A DNA stretch of 64,000 nucleotides from Chiloscyllium plagiosum (GCF_004010195.1 NC_057756.1:2342007-2406006); one strand, 5' to 3'; positions 13,401-27,384 are shown, counted from the first letter of the stretch. Numbers and translations: made by a program. Notes: generated from the letters alone by a model not told the origin.

Positions 13401-14739
13401 AAGCTAATATTAAAATTTTAACCGAAAATCTAATCTCCCCACGTGGGAAAAAAAATGAGAACAAAAAATAAAGTTTTTGTAAGTCTGGAAGCTAGCAGCT
13501 CTACAACATGAAAATTCCAATCATTACAAATACACCCTGCGTAATATTCTCAAAAATGAATGTCCCCATCATATACAACCATCGCCGCTGAGAGGCGTGG
13601 GGGTGGGGGGAAGCTATTGTCTGTGTCTACAATAATATTACTAAATAATCTCATCATATTCAACATATCTCAGACACATCATCACAGGTGCCATTTAAAG
13701 ATTTCAAGTATATTCTGATTCAAATGACCCATACAGTATATGATTACGTCAGCATAGCTTTGATGAAGATACAAACTGCAGATATTAGGATCGGTTCAAT
13801 TGATTGAATGGTGTGAAAAGCACAAGTCATTGGTAATATTTTATCGCCGAATTGGAAGGCCAATGATTCGTGCAGTCTAAAAAGTTAATCGTGTGCTCAA
13901 ATAATGGAAAATACTGTGAATAGAAGAGCACGTAGCAGAATTCAAACACACGTAATTTGCAGACTGAAGAGTATGGTTACAATATATTTTTTAAAATACT
14001 TTACCACAACTGGAAAATCTCACTAATTTGAAAAGAATGGTGTGTGTGTGTGTGTGTCTGTCTGTCTCTCTGTGCTCGTATTTTTTTTTTGTTCATGTGT
14101 GTGCATACGTGCGTGTCTTTTATTTGCAACACATTCATTCAAAACTATTTGCAAAAGAGTATTTGAGTTTAAAGGATCATATTGGAGTCACAGTTACATA
14201 TAAGTTTGGATATGTTCAGACTAACAACATAACTGCAGAAAGCAGAAGTGGAATAATTAAAAATTGATTTTCGTCAGTGATGTTCAAAGTAATAGTCTTT
14301 CGTATTTTGATTGAAAAACACAATGTATTTAAATATAATTAAAGTTGAAGACGGGCTGTCAGCATCACAAAGACGGGCCAACTCTTGAACTTTGCATTTG
14401 GCTGTGTGCTACATACTGGAGAAGACATGAAGACAGTAGGAACATTGTTCGTTTACGTTGTGGTAAACTGGACTTCACATTCAATACGTTTGAAATAGCT
14501 GAAGAAATGTTGTGTGCATGAACTTGAGAAGAAAACAAAGATTATACTGTTTATAAATTGTGCTCGAGGAGAACCAGAATTAAGTAAGAGTTTCAATAGG
14601 TTAAAAGTGGACATTCTTGATTCAACTATTTGAATATTAGAGAACTATAAATGAATAATTTTAAACGTAGAGCAGACAGTTTACTTTGATTGTCATGTGG
14701 AAGTGGCATTTAACTTTTCTCCTTTTGAAAATTATTACA

Positions 14740-15830
14740 CTGCAAAACCAGACTAAGGACTTTTGACAAGGTTACACATGGTAAACTGCTCTGGAATTTC
14801 AAAACCCATGAAATTCCAGGTTAATTAGCTGAAAAATTGGAGAAGACGTTTCATGGTGATCGTTTCCTTCTGCAGTTGAAATTTGTGACCAGGTCTCCAT
14901 CAGGGCTGTTGCTCTAATTACTTAGATTAATGTTTGATGTCGATGATGAAAGTATATTGAGTAAGATCGTATGTGACATAAAATAAGTGGTTTTGCATGT
15001 ATGGAAAATGTCCGAGCACATTCTGATTTCTGTCCACTGGCAAACTGGGCAATGGCAGACGAGGGTTAATTCCAATAACTGTAATGTGATGCATCATGCG
15101 AGATCTTGATGAGGGAATGACGTACTCAATGAATGCCAGTTTTATTTGGAAGACTGAGAAATAAAATGGATATGGTGTGTAAGTGCATATACCACAGAAG
15201 CTGTGAGAACAGGTATGCAGGTAACAAAGAAGTCACGCAGGATGCTTGCACTTGTGAAGTTGGGTGCATAATATTGAAGCTCGGAAGATTTGTTGCAATT
15301 TTATAAATAACGCGGCAGGACTCAGTCGGAATTAAGTGTGCTATTCAATTGTCATTGTATGTGAATGATTGCACTGGAGAGGGCGAAAAGGAAAGGTAAC
15401 TGGTGTTCCTTGCGGGGAAATGCCTACGTTTTGAGAAGAGATTGCATTGGGCTGTGTTTCTCCCTTTTTCCTTGGCAAAAGACGAGGGTGAACTGGGGAT
15501 TAGAATGTGGCATTCGAAATTATGAGATGCATAGAGAGAGGAGGTACTGCGAATTTATTTCTCACAGCAGAGAGGCCCAACACCATACAGCATCAATTTT
15601 GTGTAAGGAGAAATTAAGGAGATATTAGAAGAGAATTTTCACCTGATCGTGGTAGCTATGAAGATAGTGCCGACTGAATGTGTAGTGTAGAATCGCTTGT
15701 AACACGAAAGAAAATAGTTTAGATTTATCCTGAAAAAGTCAAGACATTGCATCTTGCTCCAAGGGCATGTAACTGGGATTATTGTACTTTGCGATCGTTG
15801 TTTGGCATATACATGGCAAGCAAAAGTGCA
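14740..15830 (+). mobile_element. Old decayed CR1 (RT to 3' end)
   Basis: ttttgacaaggttacacatgg (FDKV.HG) and downstream CR1-like motifs. Confidence 0.6.
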
Positions 15831-16203
15831 TGTTTCTACTCTTTAGGACTCTGTGACTGTTGATGATTCTGCACATTATGCCGGAATGGCATGATGTATG
15901 TCATTACTAGACATTTTTGGCAATCAAGTTCTGAAGGCTTCGAAGTGACGATTATTCTTAAAGAGATCATTTTTATTGTTGAAAAGAAATAGTGGTAGCC
16001 AAACCATTGAACTAAAGGGAGTGCTCCAGTGAAGCACCACAAACTAAACCTGCATCATCCTCTTTATGGTTTTATTTGAGGTATAATGCAATATAACATG
16101 CATTCAAATTTAGTGAAATTTCCAACATATCGTCACTGATTGGCTTAATAATATTATCAAAAATGAATATACTCTGACGGTTAATTTGGTTTGTGTCCTT
16201 CAG

Positions 16204-16224
16204 TTCTCAAGAACTGCAAGCAAT
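16204..16224 (+). pseudogene. 21-nt type A micro-exon (VLKNCKQ), probably decayed or stop-generating
   Basis: ggtttgtgtccttcag|TTCTCAAGAACTGCAAGCAAT|gtagga. It ends in T instead of G, so splicing to the 16648 exon gives T+AA = TAA. It lies 423 nt upstream of its B partner, like the other pairs. Confidence 0.5.
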
Positions 16225-16647
16225 GTAGGAGTTGTGAAAAAAAAGACGAACGTATGATCTCGTGGAAGATTATTCGGTGTGGTCTAACATTTCATCACTG
16301 TTCCCCTTTGGTATGATGCTGTTTAATGCATTTGATGTGGTCAATATTGTTTCTCAAATAAAAGAAACATCACTGATAACGGCAAAACGGCGCCTAATTC
16401 GAGGGATTATTAATTTGGGAAGAGTTGCTCAGTATTGGATAGTATCGTTAAGAAGCAGTGTGTTAGTGCATGCGACTTTCTAATCGGATAAGAAGTAAAA
16501 GAGGGAAAAAACACAAATGAGGTATAGGTAGAGCGACGTTTGTTTTTTGAAAACTGTCATTTTCAAATAAAGTCCTGTCCTTTAATTGATTTTAATATCA
16601 TTTTTACCTAGGAGATGAATTTCATAATGCTTTGCGTTTTCCTGCAG

Positions 16648-16668
16648 AATTGGCAAAAGAACAAGCTG
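16648..16668 (+). CDS. 21-nt heptad micro-exon, type B (ELAKEQA), with a GC donor
   Basis: tttgcgttttcctgcag|AATTGGCAAAAGAACAAGCTG|gcaagt: 21 nt, GC-AG type donor, peptide close to DLAKHQA and VLAKEQS. Confidence 0.65.
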
Positions 16669-17564
16669 GCAAGTACATATACGATATCATATTTCAGATA
16701 TTTACGTGCATGTTTGTGAAATTGTTACAGTTAGTGTGCAGCTTTATAACGTTGCCGTTGAGATGTTCACAGGACTTTCATTAATTTCTAATCAAAGTTA
16801 TGGAAGACAACATTGCCTTCAAATTCAAAATATGCAAATTCAGATAGTTACTCCCATATTAGTGAGACGTAAAATTTCATTATCATTCAGAATTTGACAT
16901 GATGGTATGTCAAAAAGGAAGGGAAGTGATAGTGAACATGATACAGCAAATACAAAGAAAAAGAGTAGTTATCTATAACAAATGCGAGTCCAGCGGGAGG
17001 AGAAAGTAAAGATAACTAATATATCAATAGAGGGATGTGCGAGCAGAATGCAAAGCTATTGCACCAGTCATGTTGTCTATCAGGCAAATACACGAAATTA
17101 TCACATCCACATTGACATACCAGATCATATGGTCAGAGTAGAACAACAACGCCTCATGGAAATACCAATGATTATATCACAAAGCACAGTCTCGAAACAT
17201 ATATGACAAGCCAACAGCTCGGGCTGCAAAGCAACAACCAAAATATTAGTCTCTGTAAATAATCTTTCGATCAGAAGTGACACTTGTGCCCTCTGTAGCT
17301 GAATGACGAACCTGGTGCACTTAGTATTAATCTGATCCGTGCTTAAGAACGCAAAAGCCAGAATTCAGTAATTAGGAATGCTGGCAGTATACACTTTAAT
17401 GTTTAAAGTCTCGCTGAATCAAATTGTGGATGACCCAAAGAAATCGTTCTGAGCGGTCAACCGGCAAAGGATGGTGAACAGATTAGATGTTGATAGAGAG
17501 CAGGAGTGAACTATAATGTGTCTATACTCATATAGCCTTCTGCACTGCAAAGTCATGGCGAATG

Positions 17565-18189
17565 GTATTGACCAGACCGACACATCAAAACACTTTTAAA
17601 AAGGCAGTCTTGAGCGTAACTTTGCTGTTTGTTTCAAGTAATTGTGTTGTGAATATTCCTGCAGTGAATCGGCTTGTGAGACTGCAGAGACTTAAACAAA
17701 CTGACCTTATGTACATAATTATAGATTGAAGTGCAACGAAACAAAAATACATCACCCGAAAAATATATCCTATCAAAACCCAACTGGCCATTCCGACTTA
17801 ATGATGCTTGTTTAAAATACTTCCAACAATCCTAATAAACAAACCACTTAGCACAACGAGTAAAGATGACACAAAAAGGTTACGGGTGACGAAGTCAGAA
17901 GTGCAGAACGAGGGAGACAGCGTTCAATTTTAATCAGATCCTTGATTCAACTCACAACCGAACTGAACTGACCTGACCAGTGGCAGAGCTAGCCACATGC
18001 CTTTTATTGTACCAATATCTGTTTTAAACACTTGACAGCTTTCTGCCTGAAGCATTATCTGTCAGGTATAAACCAAAGAGCCCCAATGAACCATTGGAAC
18101 TTCAGACATGATGAAACGCTGGGTCGTTTTTACCCAGCTAAAGTGAAACAAATGCAATACAATCTTGCAAAAGGACCCGATTTATAACA
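17565..18189. mobile_element. Solo LTR-like element
   Basis: Ends ...atttataaca. Shares motifs with 63287-64000 (same orientation) and 26640-27172 (opposite orientation). Left boundary approximate. Confidence 0.55.
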
Positions 18190-18739
18190 TGTTGAATATA
18201 TGGGCACTTTTTTCTAAGGTCACTATGAAATTGCATTAGATCATGCGAATTTGAATGAAGAAATCACCAATAGAGGTGAGAAATCGAGCAACCCGTGATT
18301 CTGGTAGGGCAATAACGGTGCCAGACCAGTTTGAAATTGGTAGTAACACACATGGAGACATGGCTGCATAGGAGAATGAATAGGGCATGAGATAATTTTG
18401 TGAGTAAGCAGAAGTAGGGTGTCCTTCCCATTAAAAGGAAAGGCAACATGTAGAGAAATAAAGGGCTTGCCCTAAGGAACTGCAAGACAGTGCAGGTCGG
18501 GAATGGTAGAGAAGGTGACAACACGTGACAGGCAGAGGACAAGATTCCGTATTTCAATGTAAAAATTGCAGTGAAGAGACATTGTGCACGAAACTGTCCC
18601 CACCCGGAGGGAAACTCTGAGGAAATGGGAAAACCGATCCTTAGAAGTCATGTAGGACGTATCACCCAACAACCACACGGGACGAATAGTCACCAATGAA
18701 AGTATATCCCCAGTTCCAGTGACGATCTTATGTATCCTT

Positions 18740-20335
18740 CGGAGAAAGTGCTAGAAAAGGCTAAAAGGTCTTAAAATTGATAAATCTCCTGGCCCCGATG
18801 GGCTACATACTAGAGTTCTGAAAGAGGTGGCTGAGGAAATAGCGGAGGCGTTGGTTGAGATCTTTCAAAAGTCATTGGAGTCAGGGAAATTCAGGGATGA
18901 TTGGAAGATCGCTGTTGTAACCCCCTTGTTCAAGAAAGGATCAAGACAATAGATGGAAAATTATAGGCCAATTAGCCTAACCTCAGCTGTTGGTAAAATT
19001 CAAGAATCCATCGTTCAGGATGAGGTTTCTAAATTCTTGGAAGAGCATGGTCGGATTAGAACAAGTCAACATGGATTTAGTAAGGGGAGGTCGTGCCTGA
19101 AAAACCTGTTAGAATTCTTTGAAGAGGTGACAGGGAAACCCAGTGAATGTGGTATATCTAGACTTCCAAAAGTCCTTTGATAAGGAGTCACACGGGAGGC
19201 TGCTGAGTAAAGTGAGTGCCCATGGTGTTCGAGGTGAGTTATTGGCATGGATTGAGGATTGGCTGTCTGACAGAAGGCAGAGAGTTGGGATAAAAGGTTC
19301 TTTTTCAGAATGGCAGCCAGTGACAAGCGGTGTCCCGCAGCGTTCAGTGTTGGGGCCGCAGCTTTAACGTTATATATTAATGATCTGGATGAAGTGACTG
19401 GGGACATTCGAGCGAAGTTTGCCGATGAGACGAAGTTAGGTCGACAGGCAGGTAGTACTGAGGAAGTGGGAAGGCTGCAGAAGGATCTAGGTAGTTTCAG
19501 AGAGTGATCCAGGAAATGGCTGATGAAATTCAATGTGAGAAAATGCGAGATCTTGCACTTTGGAAAAAAGAATAAAAGCATGGACTACTTTCTAAACGGT
19601 GAGAAAATTCATAAAGCCAAAGTACAAAAGGATCTGGGAGTGCTAGTCGAGGATTCTCTAAACGTAAACATGCAGGTTGAGTCCGTGATTAAGAAAGCGA
19701 ATGCAATGTTGTCATTTATCTCAAGAGGGTTGGAAAATAAAAGCAACAATGTGCGATTGAGACTTTATACAGCTCTGGTTAGGCACCATTTGGAGTACTG
19801 TGTCCATTTTTGTGCCCCACATCTCAGGAAGGACAAACTGGCACTGGAGCATGTCCAGCGGAGATTCATATGGATAATCCCTGGAATGTTAGATCTAACA
19901 TACGAGGAATGGCTGAGGATCCTCGGATTGCATTCATTGGAATTTAGAAGGTTAAGGGGTGATCTAATAGAAACTTACAAGATAATACTTGGCTTGGAAA
20001 GATTAGACGCTAGGAAGTTGTTTCCATTAGGCGAGGAGACTAGGACCCGTGGGCACAGCCTTAGAATTAGAGGGGGTCAATTCGGAGACATTTCTTCAGC
20101 TAGAGAGTGGTGGGCCTGTGGAATTCATTGCCGTGGAGTGCAATGGAGGTCGGGACGCTAAATGTCTTCAAGGTAGAGATTGATAAATTCTTGATGTCAC
20201 AAGGAATTAAGGGCTATAGGGAGAATGCGGGTAAGTGGAGTTGAAATGCCCATCAGCCATGATTAAAAGGCGCAGTGGATTCGCTGGGCCGAATGGCCTT
20301 ACTTCCACTCCTATGTCTTATGGTCTTATGGTCTT
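18740..20335 (+). mobile_element. CR1 LINE, 5'-truncated and relatively young
   Basis: ENYRPISLTS, QHGFSKGRSCL, KFADETKL, LRGDLIETYK; tail tcttatggtcttatggtcttat. Confidence 0.92.
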
Positions 20336-20439
20336 ATCCAGGAAATGCATGTGGGACATTTCAAATGAGGTAGGCAGACCTTTTGTGTTCAGTGGCCTCC
20401 CTAAAATGTTTTCCTCTGACACGTGAAGATCCCAAATAA

Positions 20440-21730
20440 CGTAAGGGATACTAAGCAAAAGAATCTATTCCCATTTGGAACAAAATGGTCTTATTAGTGA
20501 GAGGCGACACTGTTTTCTGCAGGGAAGGTCGTGCATAACCAACGTAATAGAATTATTGGAGGAAGTGACAAAGTTGTTTGATGAGGGTAGGGCTGTATAC
20601 GTGGACTTCAATACGGCATTTGTTAAGTTTCCCCATGGAAGGCTAATACAGAAAACAAAGTCGCATGGGGTCCATGGTGTATTGGCTATATGGATAAAGC
20701 TCTGGCTAAGTAAAAGGAGACAGAAAGTAGTATTGCAAGCGAAAATCTCAAAGTGTTCTTCTTCAATGTTCTTCTTCAATGACCAATGTTCTTCTTCAGG
20801 AATCCGTGCTGGGACCACTGTTGTTTGTGATATACATGAATGGTTTGGTGAAAAGTGCAGGTGGCCCGATTAATAAGTTTGCAGTTGATTTAACATTGGT
20901 GAAGTATCAGGTAGTGAAGATGAATGTCAGAGAATAGAGCAGTATGTAGATCGATTTGAGAATTGGGCAGAGAACTGGCAGTTTGACCAATCCATGAAAA
21001 TGCGAGTAGATGCCTTTTGGAAGATCCAATTCAACAACGTACCGTACAGTAAATTGAACGTCCTGGGGAAGATTGACATACAAAGAGATCTGGGTGTTCA
21101 GTTCCATTGTTCCCTGAAGTTGTCAACGCAATCAATAGAGTGGTCAAGAAGGCATGTGGCATGGTTTTGTTTCGTTGGACGTGGCATTGAGTGTAAGACT
21201 TGGCAGGCCGCACAACTGTCGTACAAGTAATTGATTAGGTCACGTTTGGAATATTGTGTACAGTTCTGGTCGCCACAATACCCAAACAATGTGGATGCTT
21301 TGCAGAGGTTGCAAAGAATGTTCACCAGGATGTTGCTGAGCATTGAGGGTGCTAGCTATGAAGAGAGGTTTAACAGATTAGGATTACTTTCAAGAAAAAT
21401 GATGAAAGTTGAGTGGGGACGTGATTCATGTCTACAAAATGCTGAGAGGTAGAGACAAAGTGGAAAGTAAGAATCTTTTCCCTTCCAGAGTAGGAGACTC
21501 AGTTATTGGGGTAACGAGATCAAAATTGGAGCAGAAGTGCTTAAGGGTGTCTGGAGGTGTTAGAGGCGGGCACAATAGCGTCTCTTAAGATGTATCCAGA
21601 CAGAAACATAAACAAACAGTAAAGAGAGGGAGACAGACCCTTAGAAAATAAACGACAGGTATGGATAGACGATCTGGAATGGTGCAGGATCGGACGGCCA
21701 AACAGCCTAATCCTGTGCTGTCGTTTTATT
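20440..21730 (+). mobile_element. CR1 LINE, 5'-truncated and decayed
   Basis: QGRSCITNVIELLEEVTK..VYVDFNTAF and LEYCVQFWSP. Confidence 0.88.
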
Positions 21731-22329
21731 TTTCATCTGAAAAAGCTACGTCAGATGGACAATGCTTTGCTGGGAGCTAGTCTGGCGATGGCATTTGGCG
21801 CTCTATCTTCCTGACTTTGAAAATGTATTCTTCTTCATACCTCTAAAATTGATTGTCTCAATGGTTTGTTGTTGTCTAAACATTAAATTTGATATCCTGG
21901 CACATAATTTATAACCCGATTGGTAGAAGTCGACGAGTTGTGAAGACGTTCCAAACAGAATTCAGGTATTTGTTTAACAACCAAATGTTATGCATTTTCA
22001 ATTTTCTGGTATAATTTTCTGTTTCTAGTCAGTCAGCTATAACTTCCAGATATTTTGGATGTGTTTATTATTGCCGCTATTCAATGTGTACACGTGGCAG
22101 CAAGAGAACATGTAATTGCCAACCGTGTTGAGTCTTTGTCAAACACGAAGGTGGCAAGAGTAAATAGACAGAAATAGCATGTAACATTGCAGGCTTTCAT
22201 TGGTATAGGAATTGTCAAGAATCTGTGTTGTAATGTACTAGCAAAGTAGGCCTACACAGTTTAAAATGAAGCCATATTGATATACTAATAATTAATAATG
22301 ATACTAGAGGTGGAGGGGTGATGATGATT

Positions 22330-25300
22330 GAACCAGCGGCCTGTCACGGAAGATGAATCACTAAGTTAGATCTTCTAAAGCTTACCTCGAGGATCAGGGC
22401 CATCCATTTCTGTTTCAGCAGCAGGATGAGCGGGAACTTCGACCAGTCGCTGGTCAGGAAAGGTGAGTCTTTACGTTAAATTATTAAAAGCTTACCTCGA
22501 GCATCAGAGACCTCCATTTCTGTTTTCAGCAGTAGGAAGAGCAGAAGCATGAACCAGGTGTATGCCTGGAAAGGTGAGTGAATAATTTAAATTTCCAAAA
22601 AATTGCCTCGAGCGTTGGAACCCTTCATTAATGCTTTCAGAAACAGGAAGACCGGGAGCTTGGACCAGGCGCATTTCGGGAAAGATGAGCCACTAACTTA
22701 AATATTTAAAAGCTTACTTCGAGCATCAGAGCCTTCCATTTATGTTTTCAGTAGCAAGAAGAGTGGGAGCTTGGACGAGGGGCCTGTCGGGAAAGATGAG
22801 TCATCAACTTAAATAATTAAAATCTACCTCATAGTGTAGAAGTGTCTGGGAAAAGAGGGACGATTTTCGCCCTCAGCCATGTAAGTGTGCATTTCTAGTG
22901 GAAGAAGGGAAAGGAGGAGAGTGTGAGTCATTAGCGACTCAATAGTTAGAGGGTCAGATAGAAAGAATATTGGGAACAAAAAAAACTCACTGCTGGTGTG
23001 TTGCCTAACAAGTGCCAGGGTCCGTGATATTTCATATTGCGTCTTTGCGAACCTGAATGGAAAGGATGACCAGCCCAAAGTCGTGGTCCACATGGGTACC
23101 AACTACATAGGTAGAAAGAGGGGTAGGGGTATAAGGCAGGCTTTCAGAGAGCTAGAGTGGAAGTTAATAGCTGGAACAAGCAAAGTTTCAATCTCTGGTT
23201 GCTTACCCCTGCCACGTGTCTGCAAATCAAAGAGCAGGGTGATATATCAGCTGAACACGTAGCTGCACACATGGCGCAAGAGAAAGGGTTTCAGACATGT
23301 GGAAAATTGGGGCTTATTCTGGAGAAGGTGGGACGTCTACAAACAGGATGGCCTTCACTTGAAACAAAGGGGTAAAAATATCATGCATGGGAAATTTGCT
23401 CGTGCCATTCGGGTCGGTATCGACTAGATCAAAAGGGGGATGGGAACCTGTGGAGTCCTTCCAGTACATAGTAGAATGTGAGTAGGCAGGACACGAACAG
23501 GATTTCATGGTCACATGAGAGTGCTGGCAGATAGCAAGCTGGTTTGTAGTGTGTCTACTTCAACGGCAGTAGTATCCAGAATAAGTTTCGATGTTGTGGC
23601 CATTTCTGGAGACATGGATAGAACAGGGTCAGGAATGGATCTTTTCCAGGGTTTAGGTGTGTCATTAAGATGAGGAAAGGCGGTAAAGGAGAAGGAGGTG
23701 TGGCTTTGTTTGACAAGGATAGTATAACGGAACCAGAAACAACTTCTGACCAGGATTAGTTTTTGACGTGGTATGGGGCGAAATGGAAACAGGAGAGCAG
23801 AGATTAAACTGCTGGGGGCTTTTTATAGGCCTCTGCAAGTTCCAGGGATATGGAGGAGACCATTGTCAAAACGATTGTGGGCAGGAATGAAAGGAGCAGG
23901 CTGGTTATTGTGAGCGACTTTAATTTTCCCAACATTGGCTCGAAATGCAGTAAATCTCATACGTCAGGTGTATGGGCTTCTGTCCAACGTGTGCAGGAGG
24001 GTTCCTGACACAACATGTAGAAGTGCCAACATCAGGAGACGCCATGCTGGATCTGATACTTTGTAATAATCAGGCCAGATGATTGATTTTGAGGTCGGTA
24101 ACCATAATTCTGTTACATTTACTTTAGCGATGGAAAGGGATAGGTACATCCCACATGGCAAGAGTTATATTGGGAAAGAGCGATTATAATGCGATTAGAT
24201 ACGACGTAGGTGACACAGATTGGTGTAGCAAAACGTAGGGGATGGGACAATCGAAATGTGGAGCTGGTTTAAGGAAGAGATATTGCGTGTCCTTGATAGG
24301 TATGCCCTTGTCAGGCAGGAAGAAAGTGATAAGGTAAGGGTACTGTGGTTTACTAAATAAATTGTGTCTGTTCTAAAGTAGAAGAGGGAGGTTCATTTGA
24401 TGTTAAGGTAGGATGGTTCAGATGAGGTGACGAACAGTTACAGATTAACTAGGAAGGATTTAAAGAGAGCGATAAGAGGAGCCAGGCGACACGATAGCTC
24501 AGTGGTCAGCGCTTCTGCCTCACAGGGAGCCCAGTTCAATTCAGTCTCGCTCGACTGTCGGTGTGAAGTTTCTGCATTCTCCCCGTGTCTGCGTGGGTTT
24601 CCGCTGGGTTGCCTTGTTTCACCCCAAAATCCAAATATATGGACGTTATGTAAATTGTAGATTTGGTGCATTAGTCAGAAGCAAATATCGGATTGGAGAA
24701 TGGGTCTAGTTGGTTTACTCTTCGGAGGATCCGTGTGGACTTGTTGAGGTGAAGGGCCTGTTTCCATGCTGTAGGGATTCTAATGTTAATTCTAAAGAGA
24801 AGTGTGAATGAATTTTCTTGAGCCGATAGAATACAGGAGAGCCCTCAAGCTTTCTATAAGTATGTTAGGAATAAAAGGATGACGGAGGTAGAAATAGGGT
24901 CAGTCAAAGACAGAAATGGGAAGTTGTCTGCGGACCCTGTAGATATCGGAGAGGTAGTCAACGAATATTTCTCATCTGTTTTAACTCAAGGAACGGAGAA
25001 TATTTCAGAGGAGAAGACTAAGATACTGGCTATTAGGCTATAAATGATTGAGGTTAGTAAGGAGGAGATGTTATCAATTCTAGAAGGTGTGAAAATCGAT
25101 ATGTCCCCTGGGCCGGATAGGAGGTATCCAAGGATTCTCTGGAACTTAGGGAAGCGATGTGGAGCCTTTGGTCTTTGCGTCATCACTTTCTTCAGGGCTA
25201 GTACCACAGGACTGGAGAATTGCAAATGTTGTGCCCTTGTTCAAGAAGGGCAGCAGAGATGACCTAGATAATTATAGATCAGTAAACCTTCCATCTGTTG

Positions 25301-26605
25301 GAGGAATAGTTTTGGAAATGATTCTACGAAAAAGGTTTTATAAGCATGTAACAAAGAACAATTTGATTGAAGATAGTCAGCATGGTTTCTTGAGAAAGTG
25401 ACCAAGCATGTGGATGAGGTAAAGACAGTTGACGTCGTGTACATGGACTTCAGAAATGCCTTTGATACGTTTCCACATGGGAGGCTACTGGAGAAAATGC
25501 AGAGGCATGGGATTGATGATGATTTAGCAGTTTGGATTAAAAACATTCGGCAAGAAGTCAAGGAGTGTTGGCTAATGGAAAATATTCAGCCTGAAGTCCG
25601 GTTATTCGTGGTGTGCCACAGGACCTGCTTTGGGACCACTGTTGTTTGTCATTTTTATAAATAACTAGCATTCAGGCAAAGATGGAAGGATTAGAAATAT
25701 TGTAGATGACACTAAATTCATGGGAGTGGTGTACAGTGTTGAAGAATGTTGGAGGTTGCAGGGGGGCGTGGATACGCAGTAAAATTGGGTCTCAGAGGTT
25801 TAAAATGGAATTCAGTGCAGATAAACGTGAGGTGATTCGCTTTAGGAAGACTAACAGGAAGGCAGAATACTGGTGTTATAGAAAAGTCTTGGAATAGTAG
25901 TGTGGATGTGCAGAGGGATCTTGGTATCCATGTACATAGACTCCTGAAAGATGCTACCCAGGTTGATAGTGCTGTTAAGATTGCATACGATGTGTTAGGT
26001 TTCATTGGGAGAAAGATTGCGTTTCGGAGACGTGATATCATGCTGCAACTGTATAAAACACAAGTGCAGCCTCACTTCGAATTTTATGTACAGTTCTGGT
26101 CGTTCATTACAGGAAGGATGTGGAAGCATTGGAAAATGTGCAGAGGAGATTTTCCAGGATGGTGCCTGGTCTGGAGTGAAAGCTTAATGAGTAAAGGCTG
26201 AGGTACTTTGGTCTGTTCCCATTGGAGAGAAGAAGGCTACGACGGGATTTAATATGGATATGCAAGATGATCAGAGGATTAGATATGATGGACAGTGAGA
26301 CTTTTCCTAGGATGATTATTCTGGCTTTTAGGAGGGGGCATACCGGTAAACTGAGGGACGATAAATTTAAGATAAATGTCAGAGGCAGGCATTTTACTCA
26401 GACAGTGGTAAGGGCATGGAATGGCCTGTCTGCCACTTTAGTTAATTCAACCACATTACGTACATTTAAAAAGTAATTGGATAAGCATATGGATGATAAT
26501 GGAATAGTGCCGGGGAATGGGCTTAGATTGGTTCACAAGTCGGTGGAGCATAAGTGGTTCAATTGCGGGTTATGCGCTGTATTTTTCGATTTTCTATGTT
26601 CTATT
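22330..26605 (+). mobile_element. Near full-length CR1 LINE (5'UTR tandem repeats, ORF1 esterase, APE, RT), decayed
   Basis: About 4 copies of a ~120-bp unit at 22370-22830; SGNH-esterase motifs (VCCL..ARVRD, VVVHMGTN); RT motifs; ttctatgttcta tail. Confidence 0.9.
24482..24790 (+). mobile_element. tRNA-derived SINE (HE1-like) nested in CR1
   Basis: tRNA-like head ggcgacacgatagctcagtggtcagc..gcctcacag, central gtgtgaagtttctgcattctccccgtgtctgcgtgggtttcc, CR1-like tail gaagggcctgtttccatgctgtagggattct. Confidence 0.8.
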
Positions 26606-26639
26606 AACATGGTTAATTAGCCGTTGTTCTTTTAAGAGT

Positions 26640-27172
26640 TCTTAATGGCAGAATTGCTCCAATTCCTTGGAGAACACTGGTTTTACAATGGCATGGGAGT
26701 GGTCAGTCCTCCCAGTTCAGGCATTTCTTTTTTCTTTTCGTTTTAGCAGAGAATGTCCTAGTAACGAACAACGAGAAGCAGCTGTATTCCAGAGAAAGCT
26801 TGCAAGTTTCTACTTGACTGACCTCTGTCTGTGTAATGGCCCCTGCCTCAAAGGAACTGTATTCGAATTTACCCTTTGCCAAGGGGCGTTTTTAGGACTG
26901 TTACGTGAATTGAAAAACTCCGCAGTTAAATTGTTATATCAAATAGGTTGGGTTATCAAATTCTTAATTTGTTTTTTTTTCCTCTTTTTTTGGTGTTTCA
27001 ACTGTGGTATTGAAATAAATGCTGCTTTGTTCAAAGCCGAGACGTTTGAACAGCTGTATCATTCCTGGACTATCCACTGTACATCTTTATTTAAAATAAA
27101 ATAAAATAAACTTCGGGTCTCAGTTGACTTCTTAGAATGTTTTGAGGGGGTCTGGTGTGATGCATAAAAACA
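26640..27172. mobile_element. Solo LTR-like element
   Basis: Ends ttttgagggggtctggtg...aaca; reverse-orientation relative of the elements at 17565 and 63287. Confidence 0.55.
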
Positions 27173-27384
27173 GAATGCAAAAAGCCGAATACAAACTTAT
27201 TTGTCTGCACAAATGATACCAAAGAGAAATTAAGGTTAACACAGTCACAGAAAAAGCCTCATTCTGCATTTACCGCAGACTGGGAAGAGGTAATTACACA
27301 TTCAAGGTAACCATTCATAAATGGACGAAGGAAAATTAAAATAAATGCAATAGATTGAGACTATTGGCACTTGGAGACTTACAG

